Below are positions 51,562-64,000 of a DNA stretch of 64,000 bases, piece after piece (within the stretch, counting starts at the first letter, position 1; every line of letters starts with the position of its first letter). The stretch is taken from NCBI GenBank assembly GCA_951406725.2, contig OX597817.1, positions 150,846,001-150,910,000 of the forward strand, in the 5' to 3' direction. The notes below the pieces were generated by a model, which had not been told where the DNA came from, did no database searches, and was given only the letters and a program-made list of their open reading frames with translations. This DNA comes from Octopus vulgaris (Eukaryota). The translations under genes were made by a program, and so were the position numbers.

Positions 51562-51937
51562 AAACGAAACTCGTCAATATGACATTTTAGCAAAAAATGA
51601 TGGATTTGTATAGCGATAGACAGAACGCTATTAATATTGTTTAAAAAAACGTGAAAATGATATAAGGTCATAAGTAGATAACAGAAAGAGTAGGGATATT
51701 AATAGTGAAAGTTAAATATAAAGGAAATTAAAGTTTAAATTATATATAATGATAGAGACTACTTATATGCACTAAATGTATGTTTCTGCCAATGCTTACA
51801 TCTGTATGCTCATTCTATAACCGTGTTTACTAGAGTATTTTTAGAAAAAATAATGAAAAATAGCTCAGAATTGCAGAGAAGACAGAATTTCTTGCCTTTC
51901 TCATATGGTATCGAAATTGAGAGGATCAACCATTCTA

Positions 51938-51973
<36 letters not shown>

Positions 51974-52024
51974 TATATGTATATGCAGCAGGAGATGTAT
52001 GTATATGTATGTATATGAGTATAT

Positions 52025-54150
52025 GTTTGATTGATTGATTGATTGACTCTAGTTTCAGCTCACAAGCTGTGGCCATGCTGGGGCACCGCCATTTGCTGTT
52101 GCTACATGGTTATACTTCACGAATGGTTTTTAGCAACTGCCATTTGGTGCGTGAGAGAGTTTGATGCAGCTGCCCTGATCTGCACCTCCTGCCGTGAAGT
52201 TGGTTCATCTGGGATACCTGACAAGAAGAGATCCAGTTTCATTTTAAAGACATCTGCATCCACCCCATGCAGGTCTCTTAGGTTCTTCGGGAGGATATTG
52301 AAGAGCTGTGGGCCTCGGAAGCCCAGGCTATCACAGTATCTTGTCCTACATCTTGATGGCAAATTTGGAGTCCTTGGCATCACGCAGTGGCGCCCAGTTC
52401 TGGCATTTGTGTAACTCTCAATGCCAAAGTTTGGGACAAGTCCTTCCAGATGTCTATTATGTTAGTTAGTTAGTTAGTTAATTTGGCTCAAAAGCAAATA
52501 GCAAGGCCATGTAGGGGACATGGAGTTAAGTACAGGGTGGTGTTCATGTAAAGAGTTCAGGCCACTTGAGGTCCAGGGAGGCTTTGAACAAAGCGGTCGT
52601 CGGCATCTTCACCATCTCGTCTGGCAGCTTGTTCCACGGATCCGCAACCCGGACGGAGAAAGCTCCTCTCCTTCGATTGAGATGAAATCGTCACAGGTAG
52701 AGCTTTTCGGAATGACCCCGCAGCCGACGCTCTGGAGCAGGAGTGAAGAACAGCTCTTTCGAGAGGTTACACTTTCCGCTTATGATGTTGTGGGCGAGAA
52801 TGTGATCACCACGGCAGCGGCGTTTTTCAAGAGAATAAAGGTCGAGCGTCCTCAGCCTTTCTTCGTAGGACAAATTTTTGAGACCATGAACCATGCGGGT
52901 AGCCGGCATATCTTTCTCGCCTACGCTCCAAGGAATAGAGTTTTAATCTCTTGAGTCTTTCCCAGTAGCTTATATTCTGCACAGAGGCTATCTTCTTCGT
53001 GTAGCTACGTTGGATCGCCTCAAGTTTTGTGATCAACTTGACACTGGATGGTGACCATAGCTGAGAGCAATAGTCAAAGTGGCTTAGGACAAGTGTCCTC
53101 CAGAGGACCATCATGGTTTCTTGTTCTCTTGTTCTAAAGGTTCTGAGAATCCATCCGGCCAGTCATCTACATTTCATTGCCAATTTAGCAACATGTACGC
53201 GAAAGGTTGCGTCATCACTCATGTAAATACCCAGGTCACGCACTGATTGTGCCTCTGGGATTGCAATTCCTCCGGGTCCAGTGTATTCATTGGGTATTGC
53301 ATTTAGTTTTGCATGTTGATAGCATAAAGCTTGAAACTTTTCAGCATTGAACTGCATGCTATTCTTTTCAGCCCACTTGTATATTTTGTCCAGCTCACAT
53401 TGCAGGCATTTAGTGTCCTCAGGGTTCTGTATTGCCTGTGAAACTTTTGTATCATCTGCATAACTTGTGATCGTGGCTCTCTGTGTGGCTGAGGGCATGT
53501 CTGAGAGGGCCATTATGAACAGTAGTGGTCCCAAAACAGTGCCCTGCAGAACACCGCTCACTATTTGCGTATTAATGGAATTGGCTACTACCACCTGACT
53601 TCTATCTTTCAGAAAGTCATGAAGCCATTCTCCCAGTTTTCCAACTATGCTAAGATCACGCAGTTTGTGACATATCATTCCATGATCGACTTTATCAAAG
53701 GCCTTTGCAAAGTCGAGATATATCACTTCCACATTTGAGTGGTTGAGCAGTCGTTTCAGCACCCAGTCATAGTGTTGTAGGAGCTGAGTTAAGCAGCTTC
53801 TTCCTGGTTGGAAACCATGTTGGGTGTCAGGCAGCAAGTCATTTTCTTCAAGGAAGGTGATCAGTTTCCTTCTGACTATTCGTTCCATGACATTGATGAT
53901 GTGTGAGGTCAGAGAGATAGGTCTGTAGTTCTTGGCCTCCGCTCTGCTACCTCCTTTATGAATAGGGCATATTTTACCTTCCTTCAGTTTTCTTGGAAGT
54001 TTGCCAGTTGCAAGGAAGCTCTGAAAGAGGAACTGCAGTGGTCTTGCTAGGACTCTCTTACATACTTTTAGGAGGATTGCTGGGAATCCATCAGGGCCAG
54101 TAGCTGAGTCTATTTTCATTTCATCTATAGCCTTTATTACATCGTCTATG
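52025..54150 (-). mobile_element. CR1-like LINE (RT domain and 3' end) with a second CR1-like 3' end nested at about 52460-52900
   Basis: GPDG, NYRPISLTS, QHGFQPGRSC, YLDFAKAFD, GVLQGTVLGP, SYADD; (ATCA)n tail near 52025; nested piece LSYEERLRTLDLYSLEKRR with a (TAAC)n tail. Confidence 0.9.
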
Positions 54151-55925
54151 CAGGATACGTACATACAGATGCACACACATACATACATATGCATGCACAC
54201 ACATACATACATATGCATGCACACACACACATACATACATACACATGCAAACACACACACACACACACACATGTATAGGCACACACACACACTGACCCAC
54301 ACACATGCGCACAAACAAACAAAAGGGAACAGGGTCGATAAATTAAGTACCAGTTACACACTGGGATCGATCTAATCGGCTTACTCCCTTTGTCTGTTCT
54401 TGTTTGTCCCCTCTATGTTTAGCCCCTTGTGGGCGATGTTGGGGGGACAAACAAAGACACACAAACATATACACATATATATATATATGACGGGCTTCTT
54501 TCAGTTTCTGTCTACTAAATCCACTCACAAGGTTTTGGTCAACCCAAGGCTATAGAAGACACTTGCCCAGGGTGCCATGCAGTGGGACTGAACCCGGAAC
54601 CATGTGGTTTGTAAGCAAGCTACTTACCACACAGCCACTCCTATGCCTATGCTAAAACTATTTTTTTTGTTTTCTGAAAAAGCAACATTGTGGACTTACA
54701 ATACTTTACATAACAACAACAAAATTAAGATCTGGCAATATATAGGCACAGGTATGGCTGTGTGGTTAAAATGCTTGCTTACCAATTATGTAACCTTGGG
54801 TTCATTCCAATTGCAAGGCACATTGAGCAGGAGTCTTCTACTATATCTCTTGCTATGGTACTATACAACCAAAGAGTTGTGAGTGGATTTGAAAAACGGA
54901 ATTGGAAGAAACTCATTTTGTGTGTGTATTTGTGGGTATGTAGTGAAGGCATGTGGCCTGGTGGCTTGGATGTTGTCCTCGAGATCACAAGATCATGGGC
55001 ACTGCATTGTGCTCTTGAGCAAAAACAATTCATTGCATGTTTTGTGATCACCTAAATGTCTGAGGTGTGACACACTTTGCACCTGTACAGGTAATATTGA
55101 TTTGATGGAGAAAGCGAGCTATGTACAGCACAAGTGTTTGATAAGTATACACAAATCATCCGTGTAGTTTGATCTGCAAGAAATTACAGAACCCTCTTTC
55201 TCACACTCCAGAGACTACCATTTATATAGAAGCACTGTTTGTCCCACCCACACTCTACCACAATGAACCAAACTACGTCTCTACATCCCTTTTCTTGCTC
55301 ACATTTCTGTTTCATGTACTACGATTACCTCCCACTCCCCAATCCTGTCCTATTGGCCCAGTGCCACTGTATCATTGCTCTCTGCTTGCCCCTGACCTGT
55401 GCATTCTACCCACATGCCTTACCTCACTCTGTTATTGCCATCTGCTAGCCCCTGACATGAGTGTTCCACCCACATGTAACAAGAAAACTTTTCCTCTCAC
55501 CCTACCCCAACAAACCAATCTACATCTCTTTGTTTTCTTGCATTTCCTCCTCCATTCACTATGCCTAGCTCCCACTCCCCCATCCTGTCCCTCTGTATCA
55601 TTGCTATTCGGTAGCCACTCCAACTTTATATATGCCCAGGTCTTTCGCCACTTACACGCCCTCCCTTCACAATATCCTGTCACTTATGACATTTGAACCT
55701 CAAGGGTATGGCCTGGCACTTGCCACTGTTTGATAATGATAATGAAATTATTGTATATAGTGCTCAGGTGCACCACAACTTGTCAGAAAGTGCATATAAA
55801 GTACATGCAGTAATGTAAAAATGTCTGGAAAGCGAACAATGTATGAGTCAGATACATGCTTGTGTGTGTATGGAGGGGAGAAAATCAGGTGTAGTGTTGG
55901 CGAATCTCAGAAAGCATGGAAGTTT

Positions 55926-56142
55926 TGAAGTGTTCGAAAGTTCTCTCATCTTAATTAAACATAGGAAAATAGAAATTGTGAAATATAATTTGACAATATA
56001 TATTTTTTTTATTGGTGATAGAAAAACTGTGCATCTTTACACAATGTGAATAAAATAAATAGATCAATTGTTTTTCTTTGAAAACTGATATCAGCAGAGA
56101 AGAGATAGGTTTGTAAACATTAATGAAATCATTAACAACTTA
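55926..56142 (+). repeat. orphan duplicate of the TEX36-like stop codon/3' UTR region (29225-29440)
   Basis: About 215 bp with only a few mismatches, including the AATAAA signals. Confidence 0.9.
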
Positions 56143-59100
56143 CAACAAAATAAATAGATCAAATGTGAAATATCTCTCTCTCTTCCTTTACTCAGCTATC
56201 TCATTTATACTGATCCCTGTTAGTATACCCAGCATTTTGTCACCATCTCCATTCTGTTGTTTCCCACTCTCTCTCTCTCTCTCCTGCACTCCCCTCAGGC
56301 TGGGCAACCATGTATTTTCTTTGCGGTAGCACATCTGTTTCTGTCTTCATTCTTGACCTTTCTCTCTCCAGCTAGGTAACCTTGTACTTCCTCTACAGCA
56401 AGACACCTGTATCTGTCTCACTATAATCTTTTCATTACCTCCTCCCCTCTTAAAAGATTTTGTCTTGCAAATACTTGGTGACCTTGTCAGTGCAGGTGCC
56501 ACTTAAAAGCACTCAGTCCATACTGTAAAGTGGTTGGTATTCGGAAAGGTATCCAGCTGTAAAAATCTTGCTAAAACTGACCTCACCTGGGCTTGTGCCA
56601 CATAAAAAGCACTAAGTCTATTCTGCTGAGTGGTTGGTGTTAGAAAAGGCATCCAATCCTGCCAAAACAGTCACAGAAGTCTGGTGCAGGCTTCGGCCTG
56701 GCCAGCTCTTGTGGTACCATCCCACCTATGAACACGGATGTTAAATGATTATGATAATATATATATATAGGGGGAGAGTTCACAAAAAAAAAAACCCAAC
56801 AAAAAAGACGAAGACAGGTGGTGTACAGAACAAACAGATGTATTAATATAACGCTCATGAATTGAAAAAGTCTTTTATGTTTCGAGCCTATGCTCTTCTA
56901 CAGAAAGGGACACAAAAAACAAGGAGAAAAAAAAATGTGTGTGGTGGCTACCGATCTATCTATATATATATATATAAAAAATCATTATTACTTAATGTCT
57001 GCTTTCCATGCTGGCATGGGTTAGACAGTTTGACTGGAACTGGTAAGCTGCACCAGGTTTCAATCTGATTTGGTATGGTTTCTATAGCTGGATGCCCTTC
57101 CAACTACTCCAAGATTGTAATGGGTGCTTTTTACATGTCACAAGCATGGGTGCCATTAACATGACATCAGCAATGGCCACAACTATGATTTCACAGGTGC
57201 CAATTACATGACCCTGGCCATGACTACCATTTCACTTGGCTTGATGAGTCTTATCAAGCACAGTATATCGCCAAAAGTCTGTCACAAGTCATCACTAGTG
57301 TGAAGCTCAACATTCAAAGGTCATTCCTTCCTGGGTCTACCTCACATATATCACCATTTATGTATATACTCTCTTTTACTTGTTTCAGTCATTTGACTGT
57401 GGCACCACCTTTAGTTGAGCAAATCGATCCCAGGACTTACTCTTTCTAAGCCTGGTACTTATTCTGTGTCTTTTGCTGAACTGCTAAGTTACGGGGATGT
57501 AAACACACCAGCATCGGTTGTCAAGTGATGTTGGGGGGGACAAACACACACACATATATACACGACAGGCTTCTTTCAGTTTCCATTTACCAAATCCACT
57601 GAAGGTTTTGGTCTGCCCGAGGCTATAGTAGAAGACACTTGCCCAAGGTGCCACGCAGTGAGACTGAACCCAGAACCATGTGGTTTGTAAGCAAGCTACT
57701 TACCACACAGCCACTCCTATGCCTATATATCATCCATTATCCATGCTGGAATGGGTTGGATGGTTTGACCAGAGCTGGCAAGCTGTATCAGACTCCAGTC
57801 TGATTTGGCATGGTTTCTACAGCTGGATGCCTTTCCTGATGGCAACCACTTTACAGAGTGTGCTGCGTGCTTTTATGTGGCACCACTTGAGATTATAGTG
57901 TTTGTGTACACCCTCATACTGACATGATGTGATGGTTGTAAATGAGCATATTGTTTGTTTCCAGTCTTCTGTGAAAAACATGTCTGGCTATGGGAAATAT
58001 TACTTTTCCTGAAAGCAGGTAAGGGTTGGAGACACAAAAGGAATCCAGCCATAGAAAATCAGCCTCAGTAGATTCTGTCTGATGCATGCAAACATGAAAA
58101 AGTGGACGTTAAATGATGAGGATTTGGTTACTTACTTTATAACAGAGAAAAGTTTTAAAAAAGCAATTGAACTCTTAATAATGTTAAAATATTTTATATT
58201 TATTGAAATCCAGCACAAGAAAATGTACAACTTATCTAAATATATTACAGATAATGACAGAAAGAAATCTTTAAAAAAAATAAAATAAAAAGAAAGCAAA
58301 GCACTCACAACCAGGTTGGTCTTATTGAAGTAGATTTTGAAGAACACAAAAATTTTTACAAAAAATGTAAAAAATAAAAAAATAAACAAGAAAAACAACT
58401 TGAAAACAAACAAAAAAATTCTAAGTTTGATTTCCTTTATTTTAGTAAAATTTATAATTCTGAATTTTTTTTTTTAAATACATATAACAAGAGTTCACCT
58501 GATTTGCGGAGCTTATGCTTGTTTATATACAATAGTAACAAACATTTTTGAACAAAAGACTATTTGGAGTGAAATAAACAACACATTTGGATGGAACTAC
58601 AGAGAAAATAATCTACTTTTGATTAAAAAAAAAAAAAAGAAAAATTTCAAATGGAAAGTATGGAAGAATTAATGCTCAATTTAGTTTTACAGCTCACAAT
58701 ATCTAAGCCTTTAAAGTGAAGCAACTATAGGATTCCATATTTTTCTTCACACAACATTCAAATATCTATTTTCACAGAAAAAATCTGGGTGCCATATTTT
58801 TGCTTTAACACTGAAAGTTGGATTCCAAATTCTAAGCTATTAATTCCACTCCAGACAGTTAAAACAAAGTACATAATTACAACTAATTACAAAACTATTG
58901 CATTTTTTTTTATTTAAGTAGCACACGAGTAATAAAACTGCATAGTAACTGACTTAAAACCTTAGTTTTATTTTCACATCTCAGCTCTTTTAATTATTCA
59001 TTTTTATACACATTAACACAGATTGTTTAGTAATTGGCGGTGATTGAACCACATTCAATTGATTTGTTGTGCAGTGTAAGATTAAAAGATACACCTTAAA

Positions 59101-59548
59101 GACATCGCAATAAATAAATAGATTAAAAAAAACAAAAACAAAAAATGATTTTGTAAATATTTCTGATTTGAACCTTCTGCTTTGTTCATGTCAGCCTGTT
59201 ACGGGAAATTTTGTTAAATTTTATTCCTTATTTACAGAAATTTAATTTAAATAAATGTATAACTCGAATTCTCAAAATTCAATGTAAATAATAAATAAAT
59301 CGTCTTTCAAAACAAAAACAAAAAAAATATATATATATATATATGTATATATATAAATTTAAAATAAGGGTGAGGGTCGACTTCTAGCATAATGGATGTC
59401 CACTTAGTGGTCATCCCTCTTATATGTAATATATATATAAATATATATTCTTTTATTCTTTTACTAGTTTCAGCCATGCAGCTGTGGTAATGCTGGAGCA
59501 CCACCATAGTGTGTGTGTGTATGTATGTATGTAAATATATATATATAT

Positions 59549-59587
<39 letters not shown>

Positions 59588-60336
59588 GAAAAAGCAGAAA
59601 AGTCAAGAGGAACACTTGATATTTTCACATAAAGAAATCCTTTTTCCAAACTGAACCACAGAGAACTTGCATTATAAACTTTATTAAACAGGCATGGAAG
59701 TTGACCGAAAAGCTCAGAAAGGCTATTTTAATTAGTATTAATGAAATAGCAATTCATTTTACAATAAATTATCAACAGTAGTAACCAGCAGGAAATAACT
59801 GGATGAGAACCATAGATAAGCTTGAAATCAATTGATATTGAGATGGCGCTACCATAAAATTGCTCTTATTACCGTAACAAAAAATTAATGTTAAATACAA
59901 GTTACAAGACAACTATTAATTACATTTGAGAGTGAAAAAGTTAAATCAAAATCTTAGACAGTAATTAACATGGAGGTTTAATAAACCAGTTCTAAGGCAA
60001 ATGATATAAATAAAATATTTTTCAAAAAGAAAGAGTTGAGAATTTATCAAAACTCACTACATTGATTGTTCAGTAGCTAAGCAAATTGTTCAAAGAAGAT
60101 TGGTAAAGAGTATCATGGAAAGCTTTCGAAATATTAATTTGGAAAACTGACCTTCAGAGATCATAGAGAAAGAATTGTTCTTGGAGTAAATTAAGAAAGA
60201 CAGATGTATATATATATGTGTGTGTGTGTGTGTTTGATGATAGTAAACAGAGAGCAACAAGAACAGAAAAAAAAGTATACATGTGCAAGTACACATACAC
60301 ACACATAAGTTTGAAGACATTAAATAAATGTTCTCG

Positions 60337-60480
60337 TCAGCAACAACTGAAGTCCCAAAGCTTTACTGTTTTATCGTAGGAACCAGACACTATAATGAAG
60401 TCACTAAACTGCAAACAAGTGACACCATCAGAATGATTTCGTAGAGTTATCAGTCGTTTTCCTGTCTCCAAGTTCCATAC
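60337..60480 (-). CDS. terminal coding exon of a WD40-repeat protein (F-box/WD, FBXW-like)
   Basis: VWNLETGKRLITLRNHSDGVTCLQFSDFIIVSGSYDKTVKLWDFSCC* is a canonical WD40 repeat. Minus-strand acceptor TTTTCTTTTGTACAG at 60481. An AT-rich, mostly unique stretch (about 58200-60336) is the probable 3' UTR. No upstream exons were found in the window. Confidence 0.85.
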   Translation of the reverse strand, partial: VWNLETGKRLITLRNHSDGVTCLQFSDFIIVSGSYDKTVKLWDFSCC

Positions 60481-61734
60481 CTGTACAAAAGAAAAATGCA
60501 ACAAAAAAAATTCATATATAATTTCTTCAGAAAATGAATCAGGCCCACCAAGGCCTTGTGAGTGGATTTTGTAGACAGAAACTGAAAGAAGCCTGGAATA
60601 TATATTTATTGTATATGCATGTGTGTGTACATTTCTACATCTTGACAGTCGTAAATGATTGATATTCGGTATAAACATGTCCGCCATGGATCCGGACTTG
60701 GAAACAGGTGAAGGTTGGCAACAGGAAGAGCATCTGTCCACAGAAAATCTGCCTCAGTGAGCATAGATAAAGTGGATGTTAAAATGATAGTGAAGTCACA
60801 AACATAAACACCTTCTTGGCCCTTTCAATCTTGCCCCTGCATTACATCAAGGATGTTAATGGGGTGGAGGTGCACCAGCACCTGGCTGCTACGCATTTAT
60901 AACAGAATAGACTGGAGCAATGTAAAAATAAAGTGCCTTGCTCAAGAACACAACACTCTACCTGGTTCAAGAATTGAACCAACAGCCTTCTGATCACGAA
61001 TCCAACAATGTAAATACTAAGGCCATGCACCTAAAAATAAATATAACATGTCAGAAACTGAAAATAAGAAAATAAGGGGCTAAACACAGAGAGGACAAAC
61101 AAGGACAGACAAATGGATTAAGTTGATTATATCAACCCCAGTGCGTAACTGGTACTTATTTAATCGACCCCGAAAGGATGAAAGGCAAAGTCGACCTCGG
61201 CAGAATTTGAACTCAGAACGTAGTGGCAGACGAAATACCTATTTTGCCCGGCATGCTAACGATTCTGCCAGCTTACCGCCTTATTGCCCCTTCTTATACC
61301 TTGAGAATCCTCCCAGATAACCTCACCTCCACTATCTTTACTCCCGTTCCTGTTGGGGTGCCCATGCATCTCTACAGCAAGACAACCATCCCTATCTCAC
61401 TTTCCTACTTTAGCTTCTCTACACGTGATACAATGCCACCTCCCTCAGTACTGCACATCCACTCTGTGAAGGGGGTCTTGCTTTTTCAGTGGTTGGCATT
61501 AAGAAGGGCTTCCAGCCATAGAAATTTGGCCAAAGCAGACAATGAAGCCCACCACAGCCTCCAAGCTAACTGGATCCTGTCAAACCATCCGACCTATGCC
61601 ATTATGGAACAAGGATACTAAATGATGTTGATAATGATGATGTTTAGATTAAATGTTTCCTGAAGTCAAATTCCAAAATTCTACAAAGTACCAAAGATAA
61701 TATTGTAACCTCAAAGGTAAGGCCTAAACTAAAT

Positions 61735-62210
61735 ATCATCATCATCATCATCGTTTAATGTCCGCTTTCCATGCTAGCATGGGTTGGATGATTTGACTGA
61801 GGACTGGCGAACAAGATGGATGCACTAGGCTCCAATCTGATCTGGCAGAGTTTCTACAGCTGGATGCCCTTCCTAATGCCAACCACTCCGAGAGTGTAGT
61901 GGGTGCTTTTATGTGCCACTGGCACGAGGGCCAGTCAGGCAGTACTGGCAATGGCCACACTCAAATGGTGTTTTTTTATGTGCCACCTGCACAGGAGCCA
62001 GTCCAGCAGCACTAGCAATGACCTTGCTCGAATGTTTTTTCACATGCCACCGGCACAAGTGCCAGTAAGGCATCACTGGTAACGATCACGCTCAAATGGT
62101 ACTTTTTACGTGCCACCAGCACAGAAGCCAGTTAGCTGCTCTGGCAACGATCACACTCAGATGGTGCTCTTAGCGCTCCACTAGCACGGATGCCAGTCAT
62201 CGAATTTGAT
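61735..62210 (-). repeat. abundant (GAT)n-tailed repeat equivalent to the RTE 3' UTR (family C)
   Basis: Shared core CTGGATGCCCTTCCTAACGCCAACCACTCCGAGAGTGTAGTGGGTGC; other copies near 1265-1605, 2320-2522, 14700-15045, 26080-26575, 29580-29792, 30972-31190, 37015-37350, 63425-63640. Confidence 0.85.
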
Positions 62211-62224
62211 ACTTAATTGTTACA

Positions 62225-62870
62225 TTGTCATAAAGCCACAGATTTGTAAGAGAATGCATAACAGACTGGATCAACCCCAGTACAGGTTTGGTTTTTACAT
62301 TATGCCACTTCAGTTTTTGGCTCCATGTAATTAAGACAAAGTTGCTACAAAAACTATATCCAAAAGACTAGCCTTCCTCTTCAGATCCATAAAATACTTC
62401 AGCTCTGAACAACTGCTGTCTTCAAAGCTCAAGCGAAATGCACACGAGAGGATTTCACCTCAGTCGTGGATGATACTGTTGCTGGTACAAACAAAATCAT
62501 CCTGGACTGCATCCAAAAGGTGGTCAATCCAACTGATTGGCAAGGAATTACTGACAAACTCACAAAACCTCCAGGACACAGACACACTGCCTCTTCTAAA
62601 ACTACTACAATGGCCTGCCAACTATGTCCATCCATCTTCCTTCTTGTCAGCCATTCTATGTTGCTTCCAATAAGGCTCCACATTAACTTCTGTGTCCAGT
62701 CTCTCTAGAATTCCAACCTTTTGGAATACTTTCCAACCTGGATTTTGCTCTAAAGATGTTGATCTATAACTGTTCAAACTAAACGTCAACCACATCAGGT
62801 TGACCAGTTTGGATGGCCTGAAAATCACATTGGCATTGTCCCTTTATAGTGGTTGCTTACGTAGACCAGT
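62225..62870 (+). mobile_element. highly degenerate LINE RT C-terminal fragment
   Basis: Remnants such as ILDCIQKVVN and KAQ..EDF..VVD resemble CR1/Jockey C-termini; many indels. Confidence 0.4.
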
Positions 62871-64000
62871 CACAAGTCCTAGGACTCAAAGCTGGAACGT
62901 AACCCGATTTTCACTGCACAGGTGACTGAGATTGCCTCCCCCTCCCCATCAATGTGACCTGGCACAGGTGCCCATTATCTGTGTCTGGCGATATGGCTTG
63001 GCTAAAATAATCCATCTTGTGATTCTTTCCTGCAACATTCTAATATGATATCTGTAGTACCAGACTCCTTGATCTCCAAGCTACACACCCTGTGGTGTAA
63101 CATTACTCCCTCAAATATTAAATTTTGTAATTTTCCTGGTGGTGACAATATTTTTTGTTTAGTTTTAGTTAATAAGGGCACATAGCTTGGTGGTTAGCAT
63201 GTTGCTGGTCAGTCACAGAGTTAACTGCCCAGTGATTGCTGGAACTCATTCACAGCTGAGTGGATTGGAGCCACAAGGAATGAAGTGCTTTTCTCAAGAA
63301 CACAATGCAGTGCTTGGTCCAGGAATTGAAACCACAATCTTATGACTGTGAGTGCAACACCCTAACCACTTGGGGAGATCAAGAAGTCTCTCCAGGTGGA
63401 ACTGTTATTTCTAGCATTTGGAATTCACGTGCCAAGAGCACCATCTGAGTGTGATCGTTGCCAGAGCGGCTAACTGGCTTCCATGCCGGTGGCACGTAAA
63501 AGGCACCATTCGAGCGTGATCATTACCAGCGTCGCCTTACTGGCACCTGTGCTGGTGGCATGTGTAAAAAGATTCGAGCGAGGTTTTTGCCAGTACCACC
63601 TGACTGGCCCCGTGCTGGTGACACGTAAAAAGCACCCACTACAAGATGGTGGGAGGATAAATATGAACACACAAATTTTAGTTTCCATTCACTATATCTG
63701 TTCACAAGGCTTTGGTCAGCTCAACGCTATAGTAGAAGACACTTTCTCAAGGTGCCACACCCTGGAACTGAACCTGGAACCAAGCAGTAGGGGAGCAAAC
63801 TTCTTCATTTCATTATATTGGCCATAAAGGCCTTACATTGAGAAAGGAAGCTGTGAGCTGGACACAGACATAATGTTATATGAAATGAAAAATGAAAATG
63901 ATGATTAATAGGGGGAAAAGCGACGCCTGCCGATCGTTTCTTTTGTCCCCGAGAACATTGATCCCTTATATTATTCGTGAGGCAGCAAACCTCTTACATT

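Noticed and set aside
55169-55696. 175-aa Pro/Leu/Cys-rich ORF
   Set aside because: C-rich internally repetitive sequence with no recognisable domain or splice context.
60481-60741. N-terminal extension of the WD40 ORF
   Set aside because: Intron and SINE-derived sequence upstream of the splice acceptor.

Overview
AT-rich, repeat-dense eukaryotic DNA. The SINE/RTE repeat families, TTAGGG repeats and microsatellites point to a mollusc, most likely Octopus (inference). Two host genes face each other. One is a complete four-exon TEX36-like (HDNR-motif) gene on + (13367-29227, about 225 aa) with an RFX X-box/forkhead ciliary-type promoter. The other is the last coding exon of a WD40 protein gene on - (60337-60480). 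The rest is nested mobile DNA: RTE, CR1-like and Tx1/L1 LINE fragments, tRNA-derived SINEs, mariner/Tc1, hAT, piggyBac-type MITEs, Helitrons and Penelope-like remnants. The most striking structure is a 1.3-kb Penelope-like GIY-YIG endonuclease cassette (42318-43607). Its 329-bp inverted arms each carry a hammerhead-ribozyme-like fold, and it sits exactly between two near-identical direct copies of a ~7-kb segment, like a giant target-site duplication. Several further hammerhead-like motifs, a telomere-repeat-cored foldback element and a Tx1 LINE inside a (CCTA)n array are also present. All calls were made by eye; repeat boundaries are approximate.
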